Shown: piece by piece, positions 1 to 12,300 of the stretch
How the letters are laid out: every line of letters starts with the position of its first letter
Numbering within the stretch: the first letter of the stretch is position 1
NCBI GenBank assembly: GCA_004431415.1
Contig: QPMI01000249.1
Span: 1-64,000 of the forward strand
Direction: 5' to 3'
Length of the DNA stretch: 64,000 bases
Source: Cyanophora paradoxa CCMP329
Taxonomy: Eukaryota; Plantae; Glaucophyta
Position numbers and translations under genes: made by a program
Notes under the pieces: model-generated
Told to the model about the DNA's origin: nothing
The model's input: only the letters and a program-made list of their open reading frames with translations
The model's database searches: none

Positions 1-3000
1 TCTCGCCGAAGAAGTCCCCCGCCCGCAGCAGCGCCACCTCCCGGTGCTCGGGCCCCAGCGCGATCCGCACCGTCCCCGAGGCGATGAAGAACATGTCGGA
101 GCCGCGCTCGCCCTCGTAGAAGATCGCGTCCCCGGGCCCGAAGATTCTCCGGTTCATCAGAACGACGATGCCTGCGGAGCGTGGGCAGGGGGCAGACGAG
201 GGGAGGCGGGCGTGGCTCGGGGGCGCACGGTCCAGGAAGCGCGTGTCCGAGACGTTGCGGAAGATGGGCGCCTTCGCGAGTTCAAAGGGGCGTCGGAGAC
301 CCGGAGACTCGGAGACGAGGCCGGCCCCAAAGCCCGCACCTTCATTAAAATGTCCTTGTGGACGAAGCGCGCCACCTCGGTGCGCAGCGCGGGCGAAAGA
401 TCCCCCAGGATCGCCCGCTCGTCGAACGCCAGCGGGCCCCGCCTGGGCGCCCGTCACCGGCGGCGGCCCCGGAGCGGGCGGGGCGGCCGCGGGCGGACAG
501 GGCATGATCATAATACCCGCGAATCCGCAACCTCAGATCTTCAGGCAGCCGCGCATACCGCATGTAGCTGCGCCCCGCCCGCCCGCCCCCTCAGCGCCCC
601 GAGCCGAGCCGCGCCGGGCGGGGCGGGGCGGGGCGGGGCGGGGACCTGGCGACGGCGGACATGCGCTCGCGGTAGAGGGCGGCGGCCTTGTCGAGGCTCG
701 TCGCGAGGCTCGTGATGGACCCGATGATGAACGCGAAGAGCGTCGCCCCGAACAGGAACCTGGCCCCGCCCCCTCGCCCCCCGCCACCCGCCACCCCGCC
801 CCGCCCCCTCGCCGGCGCACATGAAGAGCGTCAGCACCCGCTCCCGCGCCGTCCCCGGCACGATGTCCCCGTAGCCTGCCCCGCCCCGGCCCCCGCTCGG
901 CCCGGGGCCGCCGGGGCGCCGCGGGGCGGGGCGGGGGCGGCACCGATGGTGCAGATGGTGGTGAGGACCCAGTAGAGCGCCCTGCCCGGTGCCAGCAAGT
1001 TAAATGGAGGGGTGAATGCTCCAAAAATAAGCTCTGGTAAACGGCGGCCGTACTCGAGGTACTGCGCCCCGGCCGGCGCCGCCTCCAGGCTTCGCTGCAC
1101 CACCCTGCCCGCCCCTGCGTGAGGCGGCGAGCGGGGCAGGGGAGTGGAGGGGAGGGGCCGGCGGGGCCTGCGCGCACCAGGAGTTCGGGTCGAAGGAGCC
1201 GTCGTAGGCGGCGGCGTAGAACTGCGGGGGCGGGTGAGGGGCGGGCGGGGCGGGCGGGGCGGGGCGGGGGGCGCCTGGAGGCAGCAGATCCAGTGGCCGC
1301 TGAGGCCCATCCAGAAGATGAGGGAGAGGAGGCGCCCCGTGCCGGGGTAGATCTGCAGCGCCGCCTCCAGCCGCGCCACCGACCTGCCCGCCCCCGCCCT
1401 CAGCCCGCCCCCGAGGGGCGCCCGCGCGCGAGGCCGGCACCGGTTGCGCTGCATCTGCTCGATGATGCGCCGGATGCGGCTGATGCGCGCCAGCTTGAGG
1501 ATCCTGCCGGGCACGTCAGCGAGGAGGCGGGGCGGGGGCGGGGAGGGCCGGGGCGGGGCGGGCCGGGCGGTCTTGAGGAGGCGGAGGGCGAAGGAGGAGG
1601 AGGCGGACATGGAGGGAGTGAGGAGGTCCGTGGGGATGCTCGAGACGAGCTCGAGGAGGAACCACGTGCGCGCGTAGGCCAGCGCGATGCGCGGCAGGCG
1701 CCGCTCGATCGAGTTCCGCGCCGTCGGCACGCGGAAGGGCAGGAAAAACTGCGAGACGACGTCCCTGCCCCGCCCCCGCTCAGCGTCACGGCGGCTGGCT
1801 CGGGGGGCGGGGCGGCGGCACAGGAGGAAGAGGAAGTCGACGAGGACGTCGAAGGCCACGAGCCCGGGGGGCCTGGCGCCCCCCCGCCGGGGCTCGAGAG
1901 GGCGGGGGCGCGGGGCGGGGGCGGGGGGCGGGGCCGGGCACCGGTGCTCGAACCAGTCGAAGCCAACGTTGAAGGGGACGAGGACGACGGAGTAGAGGAT
2001 GAGGAAGCCCACGAGCCCGTTCCACGCCTGGCCCCGCCCTCAGCCGGCGAGGCCCCCGAGCAGCGCGGGGGCCGGCGCCCCCATTGAGCCCTAGAGCGTC
2101 CGCACCTGCCGGGCGTCCGAGTCCGGGTGCAGCCAGGGGTGCCGCAGCGCATGCTCCAGCCAGCCCGGCTGAGGGCGGGGTGAGGCGGCGGGGGCCGGGC
2201 CGGGTGGCGCCGGCGGCACCTGGGAGGGGGCGTCGTCGTCGGAGGCGCGGGCGGTCTTGAGGGCGTTGGCGCGGGCCTGGAGCCAGGACTCGCGCCGCAG
2301 CCGCTCGAGCTCGGCCGGCTCGAGGTGCGAGGAGCGGCGCCGGTTCGCCCGCGCCTTCTCCCGCGCCGCCCTCTCGCTGGCGGCGCCGCCCTCGCCGTCC
2401 GAGGCGCCGCCCTCCTTCACGAGGTACTTCGAGGAGGCGGGGCCCGGGGCCGCCGCCCCGCTAACGCTCCCGCTCCGCGACCCGGGCGCCGACGAGAGGC
2501 TGATCGTCTCCGCGTGGAGCGCCGGCGGGGCCGCCCTGGGCTTCTCCTTCTCGGCAGAGGCGGCGGGGTCGGCGTTGAGCTCGTCGGCGGTGCGGGTGCC
2601 GGGCGGGGCGGCGGCGAGGGGGCGCGCGTGGCGGGCCCCCCGTCCGAGGCCGCCGAGCCGCGCCGCGAGGAGCTCCTCGGCCCCGCCCCGGGGGCCCCAG
2701 CGACGCCGGCCCCGTGCCCCGCGCCCCGGCCTCGCCACGCCACGCCCCCGCGGCCAGCGCCGGGGGCGACGCGGGGCGGGGGCGGGGCCGTGGACGTGCA
2801 CGCGGGGGCGACGGGGACGGGGGCGAAGGGGCCGGGGTCGGCGCCCGGCGGCCCCTCGAGGAGCTCGAGGCGGCCCGAGGCAGACTCCGAGCTCGTGCGC
2901 GTCCACCCGCCCGACTTGGAGGAGCCCGAGCCCTGGCCCCCGCTCGCCTCGCCGCGAGAGGGAGCCCCCTCGGCCCCGCCCCCCGCCCCGCTCGCCGTCG

Positions 3001-3094
3001 GCCCGCCCGCCACCGTCCCCGTCTCCTCGAGGGGCGCGTCGTGCACCGCGCGGCCCCGCGGCCCCGCGGCCCGAATGAACGCCACCAGGCTCAT
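1..3094 (-). CDS. Cyclic-nucleotide-binding-domain K+ channel (EAG/plant Shaker-like), multi-exon, 3' end runs off the window
   Basis: Spliced exons give S1 WNGLVGFLILYSVVLVPFNVGF, S4 LRLLKTARILKLARISRIRR, pore WVLTTICTIG|YGDIVP, C-linker LPEDLRLRIRGYYDH...AILGDLSPALRTEVARF and a CNBD start (PGDAIFYEG...DMFFIASG...GDFFGE). Start could be 3094 or 3160. Confidence 0.9.
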
Positions 3095-4003
3095 CTCAGC
3101 TGCAGGCGGGAGCGACGCCCCGCGCCCTGCGGCGGCCTGCAGCTGGCGCGGTCGGTGCATGGGTCATTGAGCACGCTGGCACCGCAGCCGCGCACCGGGA
3201 GCACGCCGCGACTACAGATGGAAGCCGACGGCAACTCCCCCGGCGTGCCGGCCGCACGCGCGCAGCTCCTATGCGCCGGTGCTCACGGATGTGGCGCGTG
3301 TGCTACTTTCGTCCAAACATATGCATTGTAGCTTGCTTTCGTCCAACTAGTAGGCGATGCCTGCCCTGGATAAGACCGGACGGAGGTTTGCCGGGACCCC
3401 GGGCCGCAGCAGTGGCGCCCTAGCTGGACATCGGAATCCTCGATCTGCCTGATCTTTTGGGCTCTGCGACGCCGACAGCTGCTGCTGTGATTCGGATGGC
3501 GACCCGGCCCGATGACCCGAGCAGTATCGAGTGCTAGCGCTTCAATGCCGCGGGTCAGGCGCTCGCTTCAACAACTTGTCTGCTGCTGCTCAGCGGCTGC
3601 TTCTTCCTTCTGCTCCTTCTGCTCTTCCTGCGTACCAGGCTACCAGCTAGATCAGCTAGCGCGGCTCTGCATTCACGGCGCTGCGAGCCTGCGGCTGCGG
3701 GCCGCAGCGGCGCGGCGAGTTCACGTCCGCGGCCGTCAGTCAAAAAAACCCGCGAAGCCGGCTTCAAGCCGCATCAAGCCGCAAGCCGCGATCCGTTGAC
3801 TGGGGTTCGACTCCGAGCACACCCGTATAGCTGTCCGCTGCTGCCCGTCCCAAAGCCGAGCGTCTTTAAGCTCCAGCAGTTAAGCAGTTAAGCAGTTAAG
3901 CGGCGCCGGCCGCGATTGGCGAGTCGAGGATGCGCTCTGTTTGGAGCAGATAGCCGGTTTCGACGCGTCGACGTCCAGCCGGCTGACGCCCTTGGCAGGG
4001 CTG

Positions 4004-6311
4004 ATGCCTCCTTCGGGACACGCAGACCTGCTGCAGGAGGTGGACCCGAGCGAGGCCGGACGTCAGGCCGGCCGAACAGTAGGGCAGCTCGCCGCAAGCA
4101 GGAGGCGCAGCGCGGACGACCTGATTGCCCATTTCCGCGAATATGCGGCAGAGCGCAAGAAAGATGCGAGAGCGGCTGGCGCCGGCGTGCCCGTCGGAAA
4201 CCCCTTCTTGAACGGAGCACAGAGCCGGAACCCGACGAGCGCCGGCCACCTGCTCAACCACCCGGAGGATGTGGCGGTTAGCTTCAGGCCCGCGAGCCCA
4301 GCGGTCGGGGCGCCGGCAGCTGCGGCTGCGGCGCCGGCGGCGGGGGCGCGCTCGGCGGCGTCGCTCCCGGAGGCGGCGCGGCACCGGCTGGTCGTCGACA
4401 GCGCGAGCAGCGTGGACTCGCCCTCGCCAGGCGGGCGGAGGCGGGAGCGCGACGAGCCGTCGAGCTACGAGTCGGCGCTCTCGCTCGAGAGCCAGCGCTC
4501 GCGCTCGGACCGCAGCGCCCTCACGGGCTCCTCCTCCTCGGCCGCCGAGCACCGGCGCGGGCGGCCCTCCTCCCTCCCCGGCCCCGCCCCCCGCGGCATC
4601 CCGGGCGCCCTACGCACCTCCCCGGGCGCGGCGGGGAAGCCCCCGCGGCCACTGCCGGGCCCCTCCGCCCCCGCCCTGCGCGTCTCACGTCCCCCCGAGC
4701 TGCCGGATGTGCCCCCGACACGCCCTACGGCCTCCCTCCCTCCGGCCGCCGCGCCGAGCGGCCGGCGGCGGCGGCGGCGGCGCCCGCGTCGTTCCCGGAG
4801 CTGGGGCGGGGGGGCGGGGCGGCGGGGCGGGGCGGGGGCGGCGGGGGCGGGGGCGCGGAGCTCGGGGACGAGGGGGACGAGGAGGAGGGCCCGAGCCTCG
4901 ACACCGCCACCACCGCGGGCACCGGCTCCGGCAGCCGCGGCGCCGCCGGCCCCGCCCCGCCCTCACCCTCGCCATCGTCGGCGCCGGCGTCTGGGGCGCC
5001 GCGTCGAGCGAGGAGGAGCGGGCGCCGCGGGGGCCGCCGCCGCCCCGGGTGGCGGCGGGGGCGCACGGGGCGCAGCACCGGCGGCGGCGCTCGCACGTGC
5101 ACGCCGAGGAGGAGGAGGAGGAGGAGGTCCGCCTGCGCCGCTCCGGCAGCGGCCGGCGGCCCCCGCCCCGCACCGACTCCTCCCCGCCTCGGCCCGCAAG
5201 GCCCGCCGCTCCCGGGAGGGCGGCCGGCCGGCCTCCTCGTCGCTGGCGGCGGCGCTGCGGTACGAGCGGGAGGCGGGGCCGGGGCCCGAGGCCGCCCCGC
5301 GGGACCCCGACGACCCCGCCCTCGCCGAGGAGGGCCGCGCGCCCTCTTTCGCCCGCCCCGGCCCCGGCCCCGCCCGCCCCGCCGCCTCGGCCGCCGGCAT
5401 GGCCGTAGAGGAGGAGGAGGAGGGGTGGCGGGGCGGCCGGAGCCGCCCGGGGGCGGCGGGTGCGGCGGCCGACGTGGCGGGCGATGCGGCGGGGTCGCGC
5501 CCCGGCGCCGGCGCCCGCAGCGGGGGCCCCATGGACGAGGAGCGCGCCCTCCTCCTCGAGTGCGGCCCCCGCCCACCCCCTCCCCCCCGCCCCGCCTGAC
5601 CCGCCCCGCCGCCAGGCACGAGGCCTCGGAGCAGGCGTACTGGAACTCCTCGCCGCCGCCGGCCGTCTCCCTCCTCCTCCTCCTCTCCGCCCTCGCCGCC
5701 GTCCCCTTCCTCGCCATCGGCGTCCGGTGCCCGCCCCGCGCCCCGCGCCCCGCGCCCCGCGCCCCGCGCCCCGCCCCTCCCGCTCACGCACGCCGCGCAG
5801 GAGCAGCCGCAACGCGTGCAACGAGCCCCTCGACGTCTACCTCGTCGTGCAGGCGCGCGTGCCGCCTTGACGCCCCCGCCCCTCTGACTCCGGCGCGCAG
5901 TCGGCGGGGGCGCTCGTCGCGTCGCTGTGCCGCCTGGTGTTCATCCACTGCGTGTGGGCGCCGCGGGAGCGGTGGGAGCGGACGGCGTGCTCGCTGCTGC
6001 ACGCCGGCGGCCTCGTCCTCTTCGGCCTCGGCTCCTTCGCCGTCTTCATCGCCGGCCTCGTCTGGGTCTCCCGCGCCAACTGCGTGCGCCCCCCGCCCCG
6101 CCCCGCCCCGCCCCTCCCGCGCCGCCGGCTGAGGGCGGGGCAGCGGGGGACGGAGCCGGTGCTCTTCTGGGCGTGCGTCGCCTCCTTCGTCGCCCTCGGC
6201 GTCGCCGTCCTCCTCTTCCGCCTCCTCGACCGCGCCCCCGAGTACCGCAAACTCAAGCGCGAGCCGCCCCCGCGCCCCGCCCCCCACGAGCTTGCAATTG
6301 GCCCTGGGTAG
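4004..6311 (+). CDS. Hypothetical membrane protein: long low-complexity N-terminus, about 4 C-terminal TM helices
   Basis: Exons encode LLLLLSALAAVPFLAIG, CNEPLDVYLVVQ, FAVFIAGLVWVSRANC and VLFWACVASFVALGVAVLLF. Start codon uncertain. Confidence 0.55.
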
Positions 6312-6631
6312 CTCCCCGCCGCCCGTCACTCCGAATCCCCTCCTATGCCTGTCCCCCTCACCGAGTCGGTTTCCTCCCTTGGGGCTCGGCTCGCGAGGAC
6401 CCGTATATGCGCATACGCGCTAATTATAAGCTTATGTTACGTTGTTAAAAAGGCTGCCACGATTCATTACAAACGAAAACACTTCCGTCGACAGAAGAAA
6501 GGAAAGAAGCTATGCGGTTCATGGTACACAGTCATTATGCGCGGAGAAAAGGTCCTCCTGAGGCGTGCGGGCGAGTAAGGGCGGCCGCAGCGCCGGCCTA
6601 AGCTATACAGGACAGGCCGGGGCGGGGCGGC

Positions 6632-8767
6632 CTATTGGTTGGCCTTCTCGACGCCGACGACGTCGGCGTAGGACTTCTTGTTCCAGAGCGGGGCGAGGAG
6701 GAGGAGGGGCACGGCGCAGCAGGCGAACATGGCGTAGAAGAAGAAGTTCCAGCCGTACTGCTTGACGATGATGGTGAGCGGGGCGCCGGCGACCATGGCG
6801 CCGATGTACGCGATCCAGCCGAGGAAGCCCGTGGCCGTCGACGCCGCCGACTTGTGCGTCAGCTCCGTCCCCACGAGCCCGATCATCATCTGGGGGCCGT
6901 AGAGGAAGAAGCTGCGCGCGCCTCAGCGGGGCGGGCGGCGGGGAGAGCGGGGGCCGGGGCGGGGGCGGACCCGATGAAGAAGACGGCGAGCCAGTCGAGG
7001 AAGGGGTTGTTGGCGGGGACGCGCATGAGGCCGAAGCACGAGGCGGCGATGCCGACGAGGAAGGCGCAGACGACGGGGATGCGCTTGCCGCCCAGCAGCT
7101 TGTCCGAGATGAAGCCGGCGGAGAGGGAGCCGAGGAGGCCGCCGATCTCGCGCCCCGAGACCCGCGTCGCCGCCTCCGCCGCGTCCGTCACGCCCTTGAC
7201 GTCCATGATGTAGAAGTGCGACCAGTTCGTGACGCCCCTGGGAAGGAGCTACAGAGGGGAAGAGGGAGAAGAAGGTCGAGAAGAAGAAGAAGAAGAGGCG
7301 CACGCGCGGATGAAGTAGACGAAGAAGTAGGAGAGGGCGAGGAGCCAGATGGCGGGGTTGGCGAGGACGTACTTGAAGACGATGTCCTTGGAGGACTTCT
7401 TCGCCACGGGCGCCTCCACCTTCACCTCCCCGTCCGCCGCCTTCGGCTTCACCGCGAAGTCCTGCCGGAAGACGTCGATGGGCGGCAGGCCGACCTCCGA
7501 GGGGTCGTCCTTGACGGCCCACAGGAACGCCAGGCCCGTGGCGATGCCTGCGGCGCCCGTGAGCCGAGGCGGGGGCGGCGCGGGGCGCGGCGCGCGGGGA
7601 GTGACCGATGAGGCCCGGGACGATCATGCCGGCGCGCCAGCCGAAGCTCTGCGCCGCGAAGCCGGCCACGATCGCCACGAGGAAGCCGCCCAGGTTGTGG
7701 CTGCAGTTCCACAGGCCCCACCTGCGCGACGCGGCTCGCCTCGGCGCCGGGGCGAGGAGGGAGGGTGGCGGGAGGGGCGGCGCAGGCGGACCAGGTGCCG
7801 CGCTCGTTCTGGGAGAACCAGACGGTGAGGAGCTTGGCGCACGAGGGGCCGCCGAAGGCGGAGATCCAGCCCGTGATGCCCCACACGATCGACATCCACA
7901 TCGGGTCGGGGCGGAGCGTGAAGACTGCGCACGCGCGCACGCGGCGTTAGGCGGGGCGCGCGCACTCAGACGGCGCGGGCGGGCGCACCGAGGTTGAGGA
8001 TGCCGGTGAGGATGAGGCCGAGGGCGAGGAACTGCTTGGGCGAGACGAGGTCCGCGATGACGCCCGACGCGAACTTGGACGTGCCGTACGCGATCGGGAA
8101 GATCGACGTGATCAGGCCGATCTGCTCCAGCGTCATCCCCAGCTCCGAGCGCAGCAGCGGCCTGCGCGCCCCCCACCGAATTCGACCTTCGCGCGCCGCG
8201 CCGGCGGCGGGGCCGGAAGGGTGCACGCACGCGCAGTACGTGAAGCAGCCGCGGGTGAGATACGAGGCCGTGTAGCCAAGGAGCAGGCCGAAGAAGACGC
8301 GGTACCGCCAGAAGCTGTACTTCTACTCGGCGCGAGGCGTGGCGCACGCCTGTGAGACCCCAGGAAAGGCAACAAGAACGCAAACAGCTCGTTCAGCCGC
8401 ACCGACTTCAGTGCCGGGTCGTTGATGTCAACCTTGCCGCCGGGCACGTCAGGCGCGCCACCGGCCGCGGCGGCGCCGTCAGCAGCCTCGCAACGGACGT
8501 CGAACGTCTGGAAGAAAAGGAAAGGAGGCGTCGGACATGTATCCAACCGGCCGCGAGGCGCGAGGGCGTTTAGCGTACGCGCTGGAAGGCGACCGCAGGC
8601 TTCGCCTGGCGCTGTGCGACCGCCGTGCCGACGAACGACTTCGCCAGCGAAATGCCGGAGCTCCGAGCGGCCGCGAAGCTGCAGCGCCGGGCCGGGCGCG
8701 CGTCCGAGAAGAGGAGCGCGGCCGTCATGCTCTTCTCGAGCAGCGACTGTGCCTTTGCCGGAGCCAT
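6632..8767 (-). CDS. uhpC: UhpC/GlpT-type MFS hexose-phosphate transporter with putative plastid transit peptide
   Basis: Spliced motifs include FFGLLLGYTASYLTRGCF, YGTSKFASGVIAD, WFSQNERGTWWGLWNCSHNLGG, EIGGLLGSLSAGFISD, LYGPQMMIGL and ASTATGFLGWIAYIGA. The N-terminus is Ser/Ala-rich (SFAAARSSGISLAKSFVG...FDVRCEA). Confidence 0.9.
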
Positions 8768-9317
8768 GTTGCGAATGCTCCCATTGGCTCCGAGGGCCTT
8801 CCGGACGTCTGCACGTAGTATTCCGAGCGTCAGATGCGCGGCCGTGGGGAGGGAAACCGGATGGTCCAGAAACGCACCGCCCCGGAGGGGCGCGAGGCCC
8901 GGCGTCGCGAACGCAGCCGAATCCTGACGCATTGTTTCGAACGGCGCCGGCTTCGAACCTGAGGGCGTTGACGGGTTAGCGGTGCGCGACAGGGGTGCGC
9001 GCATGACCAAGAGAGCCCGCGAGAGCCGCAAGATTCGGATACAGAAGAAGCTAGCACGTTCGAATCTCACTGTATTGCCCGTTGGAGTCGCCGGCGGCTA
9101 GAGGCGCGCGCGCGTCCCGACCCCAGGCCGTGTCACGGGCGTACGCGGCGTCTTCAACGATGCTAAGTAACACCAGACGCTAAACAAGGCCCGCGTAAGG
9201 AGGCGTGCGCACCACGCCGACTTTTTCTAATCGGTACCCCCGCGTGGTCCCTTCGGTCGCCGGCGGCCGGCTTTGCCGCGCGGCCATATGCTCCGACGAT
9301 GTTAGTACAAACGATAT

Positions 9318-12300
9318 CTACAGCGGCCGGCGGAGTGGGGAGGTGAGGGCGTCGAGCCAGATCTCGGCGGGGTGCATAGCCAGCACGGAGCGCGCCGCGC
9401 CCCTCCTCCGGTTCTGCAGCACCTCCATCGCGTTGTCCACCGTGCCCTGCGCATGCGACGCGCGTCCCGCCGCCCGGTGAGCTCGAGGCGCCGGCGCGCG
9501 CGCGCCGGCTAGCTATAGCGCTATAGCGCTAGCGCGCGCTAGCTATCGACGTCGACATGTACAGCGCTAGAGCAGGCCCTGCAGCCGAGGCGCGGGCGGC
9601 GTTGTAGATCTAGATCTGGCTAGCGCTGGCAGTGCGCGTGCCTCGGCAACGAGGCGGACAAGGCGAACGGGCCGCCCCTGCCCCGCGCGGTGTACCCGCG
9701 CCAGGATCCGCTCCTGCGCGCGGGCCGCGTGAGGCTCGAGGGCGGGGCGGGGCGGGGCTGCGAGGGCTGCGGGCCTGGATGCGCGGGCTGCACGGCGGCT
9801 CGAGGAGGAGGACAGTGGAGACGGGCGTGAGGTCCAGGCCCTGCGCCGTCGATCGGGATGCATGTATATGGTCAGGCCCCGCCAGGGGCACGGGCAGGGG
9901 CGCGGAGGGCGAGGAATGCGTGCGCGGGGGGGCACCTCGAGCGGGGTGGCCCCCGCGGCGGTCTGGACGGTGGCAAGGAGGGCGCGGGGCGAGGCGGCCG
10001 GCGGGGGCGGGGCGAGGGCCCGGGCCGCCTCTGCGGGCCCCGCGGTGCCAGTGAGAAGGGCGGCGCGGATGCCGGCCGCCTCGAGGGCACTCCGGGCGGC
10101 GCGCAGCACGGCGGGGAAGTGCGAGACGAGGAGGGCGGGGCCCGCCCCGCCCCGCACCTCCTCCACCGCCGCCGCCAGCTTCGCACCGGGGGCCCCGGCG
10201 GCGGCCGGCTGCTCCGGATCCGTGGCGGGGGCAGGGGCGAGGCTGGAGGGAGCGAGGGCGGCGCCGCAGGCGGGCAGGGGGCGCCGGCGCCGACGCCGTA
10301 CGCGCGGGCGGGGAAGAGGCGGGCGGCGCAGGGGCGCAGACGGGGTGGCCGCAGGGGGCGGCGAGGGGCCGGCCGCCGAGGGCCGGCTCGGCGCACGCCG
10401 CGCACGCCTCCGAGGGGCTCCCCGCGAGGAGCCCCAGCAGCAGGCCCCGCTGCGCCGGCTCAGGCGCCGCGCACGCCGGCGCCCCGCGAGGGCGCGCCTG
10501 CTCGGCGAGCGGGTCGGGCTCGGGGAGAACGTTCGCCAGGGACGGGTCGTGAGCGGCGAGCCTGCCGGCCGAGCCGGGGCGGCGTGAGGCGGGGCGCGCG
10601 GGGGCGGGCGGGGCGGGGGAAGGTGCCTGAGGCGGGCGAGGGCGGCGGCGAGGGCGGCGGCGGACTCGCAGGCGCGGCCGGCGGCGAGTAGCCCCTCGGC
10701 GAGCGCCTCGGCAGCCGCCCAGAGCGCGCGGTACTGGCGGGGCATGCGATTGATAAGAGCGGGACGGCGCTGCGGCCGCTCGCGGGCGCACGCGGGCACG
10801 CACCAGCTCGAGATGGTCGGGGGGCAGGAGGACGGGGCGTACAACGAGGGTGCGGGGCGGGATGTCTGCCAGCGGCCTGCGCCGGCCTCAGCGCCGCGCG
10901 CCCCGGGAGGAAGCTGAAGGAGCGCGCCGGCCGTCGGCGCGGTGCTCCCTCGTGCGGCGGAGCATGAGGGCGCCCAGGAGGGCCTGCGGCAGGGCGCGGT
11001 GAGTGGCAGGCGGGGCGGGGCCTGCGGCGAGTGCAAAGGACGCGCGCGCACTTGGAGGCGGGCGAAAGGCTCCTGGGCCCCCGTCTTCAGCGGCAGAGTG
11101 ACGAGGCGTGCCCACTCTGCCCGCCGGTCAGGGCGCGGCGCGGGGCAGGGCGGGAGACCAAGGGGCCGCCGCGGGTACCTTGCCCGTTCTCATCGCTTAG
11201 AGTTTACGGAGCTCGTGTGAGAGAAGCGAAGGAAAGGATCGAGGGGATGGGACGGGGCACCCAAGGGACGGCACCCCCAGGATGCATAGCAGGGGCTGCA
11301 GATCGTCCACGGAATGCTGGAAAGGGCGTCCGCTCCGGTCTCAGCGGCGGGCGGCGACTTTGGCAAAACTTGAATGTGGGCGGGGCCCACCCGGAGGGGT
11401 GTGGAGGTGAGGAGCCAGCAGCGCTGGGCGCGGTGGGCGAGGGCGCGGGCCGGGTGGAGTGGGAGAGAGGCCCCCCCCAGCGCGTGCGCGTCGTCCACGA
11501 GCACGCTGCGCGGGGTGAGCGCCCGGGCCCGGGCGGTGCACGCGGCACGGCACCAGAGACAGCGGGGCGAGCGCACCGGCACCAGGAGGCTTCCAGGAGA
11601 CGTGCGGCGGGGCCGCCCTCCGCAGTCGCGATCGCGAGGTCCTCGTGGGCGGCGAGGCTGGGGGCGGGGATGAGGGGCGGCGCGAGCTCGAGCGGCAGTG
11701 GCGGGCGGAGAGGACGCACACGAGGTCCGGGGAGGCGAGGTCGCGCGGCGCCTCCGCCCCACCCTCGAGCACCTGCGCGCAATCAAGACGAGGCTCGCGC
11801 ACGGGGCGCGCCGGCAGGCGGACCGCGTAGGAGAGGGCCCCGGGCTCAACGGCCGAGCCCAGCACGTGCCGCCTGCGCGCGCGGGAGGAGTCGGGGGGGC
11901 GTAGGGGGTGCCTGCGAGGGGCCGGACCAGTGGGCGAGGCTGGCGCGCGGGGCGAGGAGGAGCGTGCCGGCCGAGCCTGCTTGGCCGCCCCGCCGGTCGG
12001 CAACGGCGAGAGCGACGGCGACGGTGCGCTTGCTGCGCTCCACACTCAGAGGGCCCTCGGGGGCGGGCGCGGGCGCGAGGCACGCACCCAAGGCCCGGCT
12101 CGTCGGCGAGGATTCCGCCGCGGGGCGGGCGCCCCGGGCCCTGCGCACGCGCACGCGGGGCTTCAGGGAGGCCGGATGCGGCCGGGGCGAGGAGCGGGGG
12201 CAGGGGGGGCGCGCCTCGGGGGCCTCCCGGGCGAGCATCCAGTGGAGGGCCTGCAGCTGGTGCCGCCGCAGCCGCAGCCGCACCCCCGCCGGCTGCACGC

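Noticed and set aside
3799-3820. GGTTCGACTCC B-box/T-loop-like motif
   Set aside because: No A-box, imperfect T-stem and no cloverleaf; not called a tRNA or SINE.
3875-3900. (AGCAGTTA)x3 tandem repeat
   Set aside because: Simple short tandem with no spacers and no supportable function.
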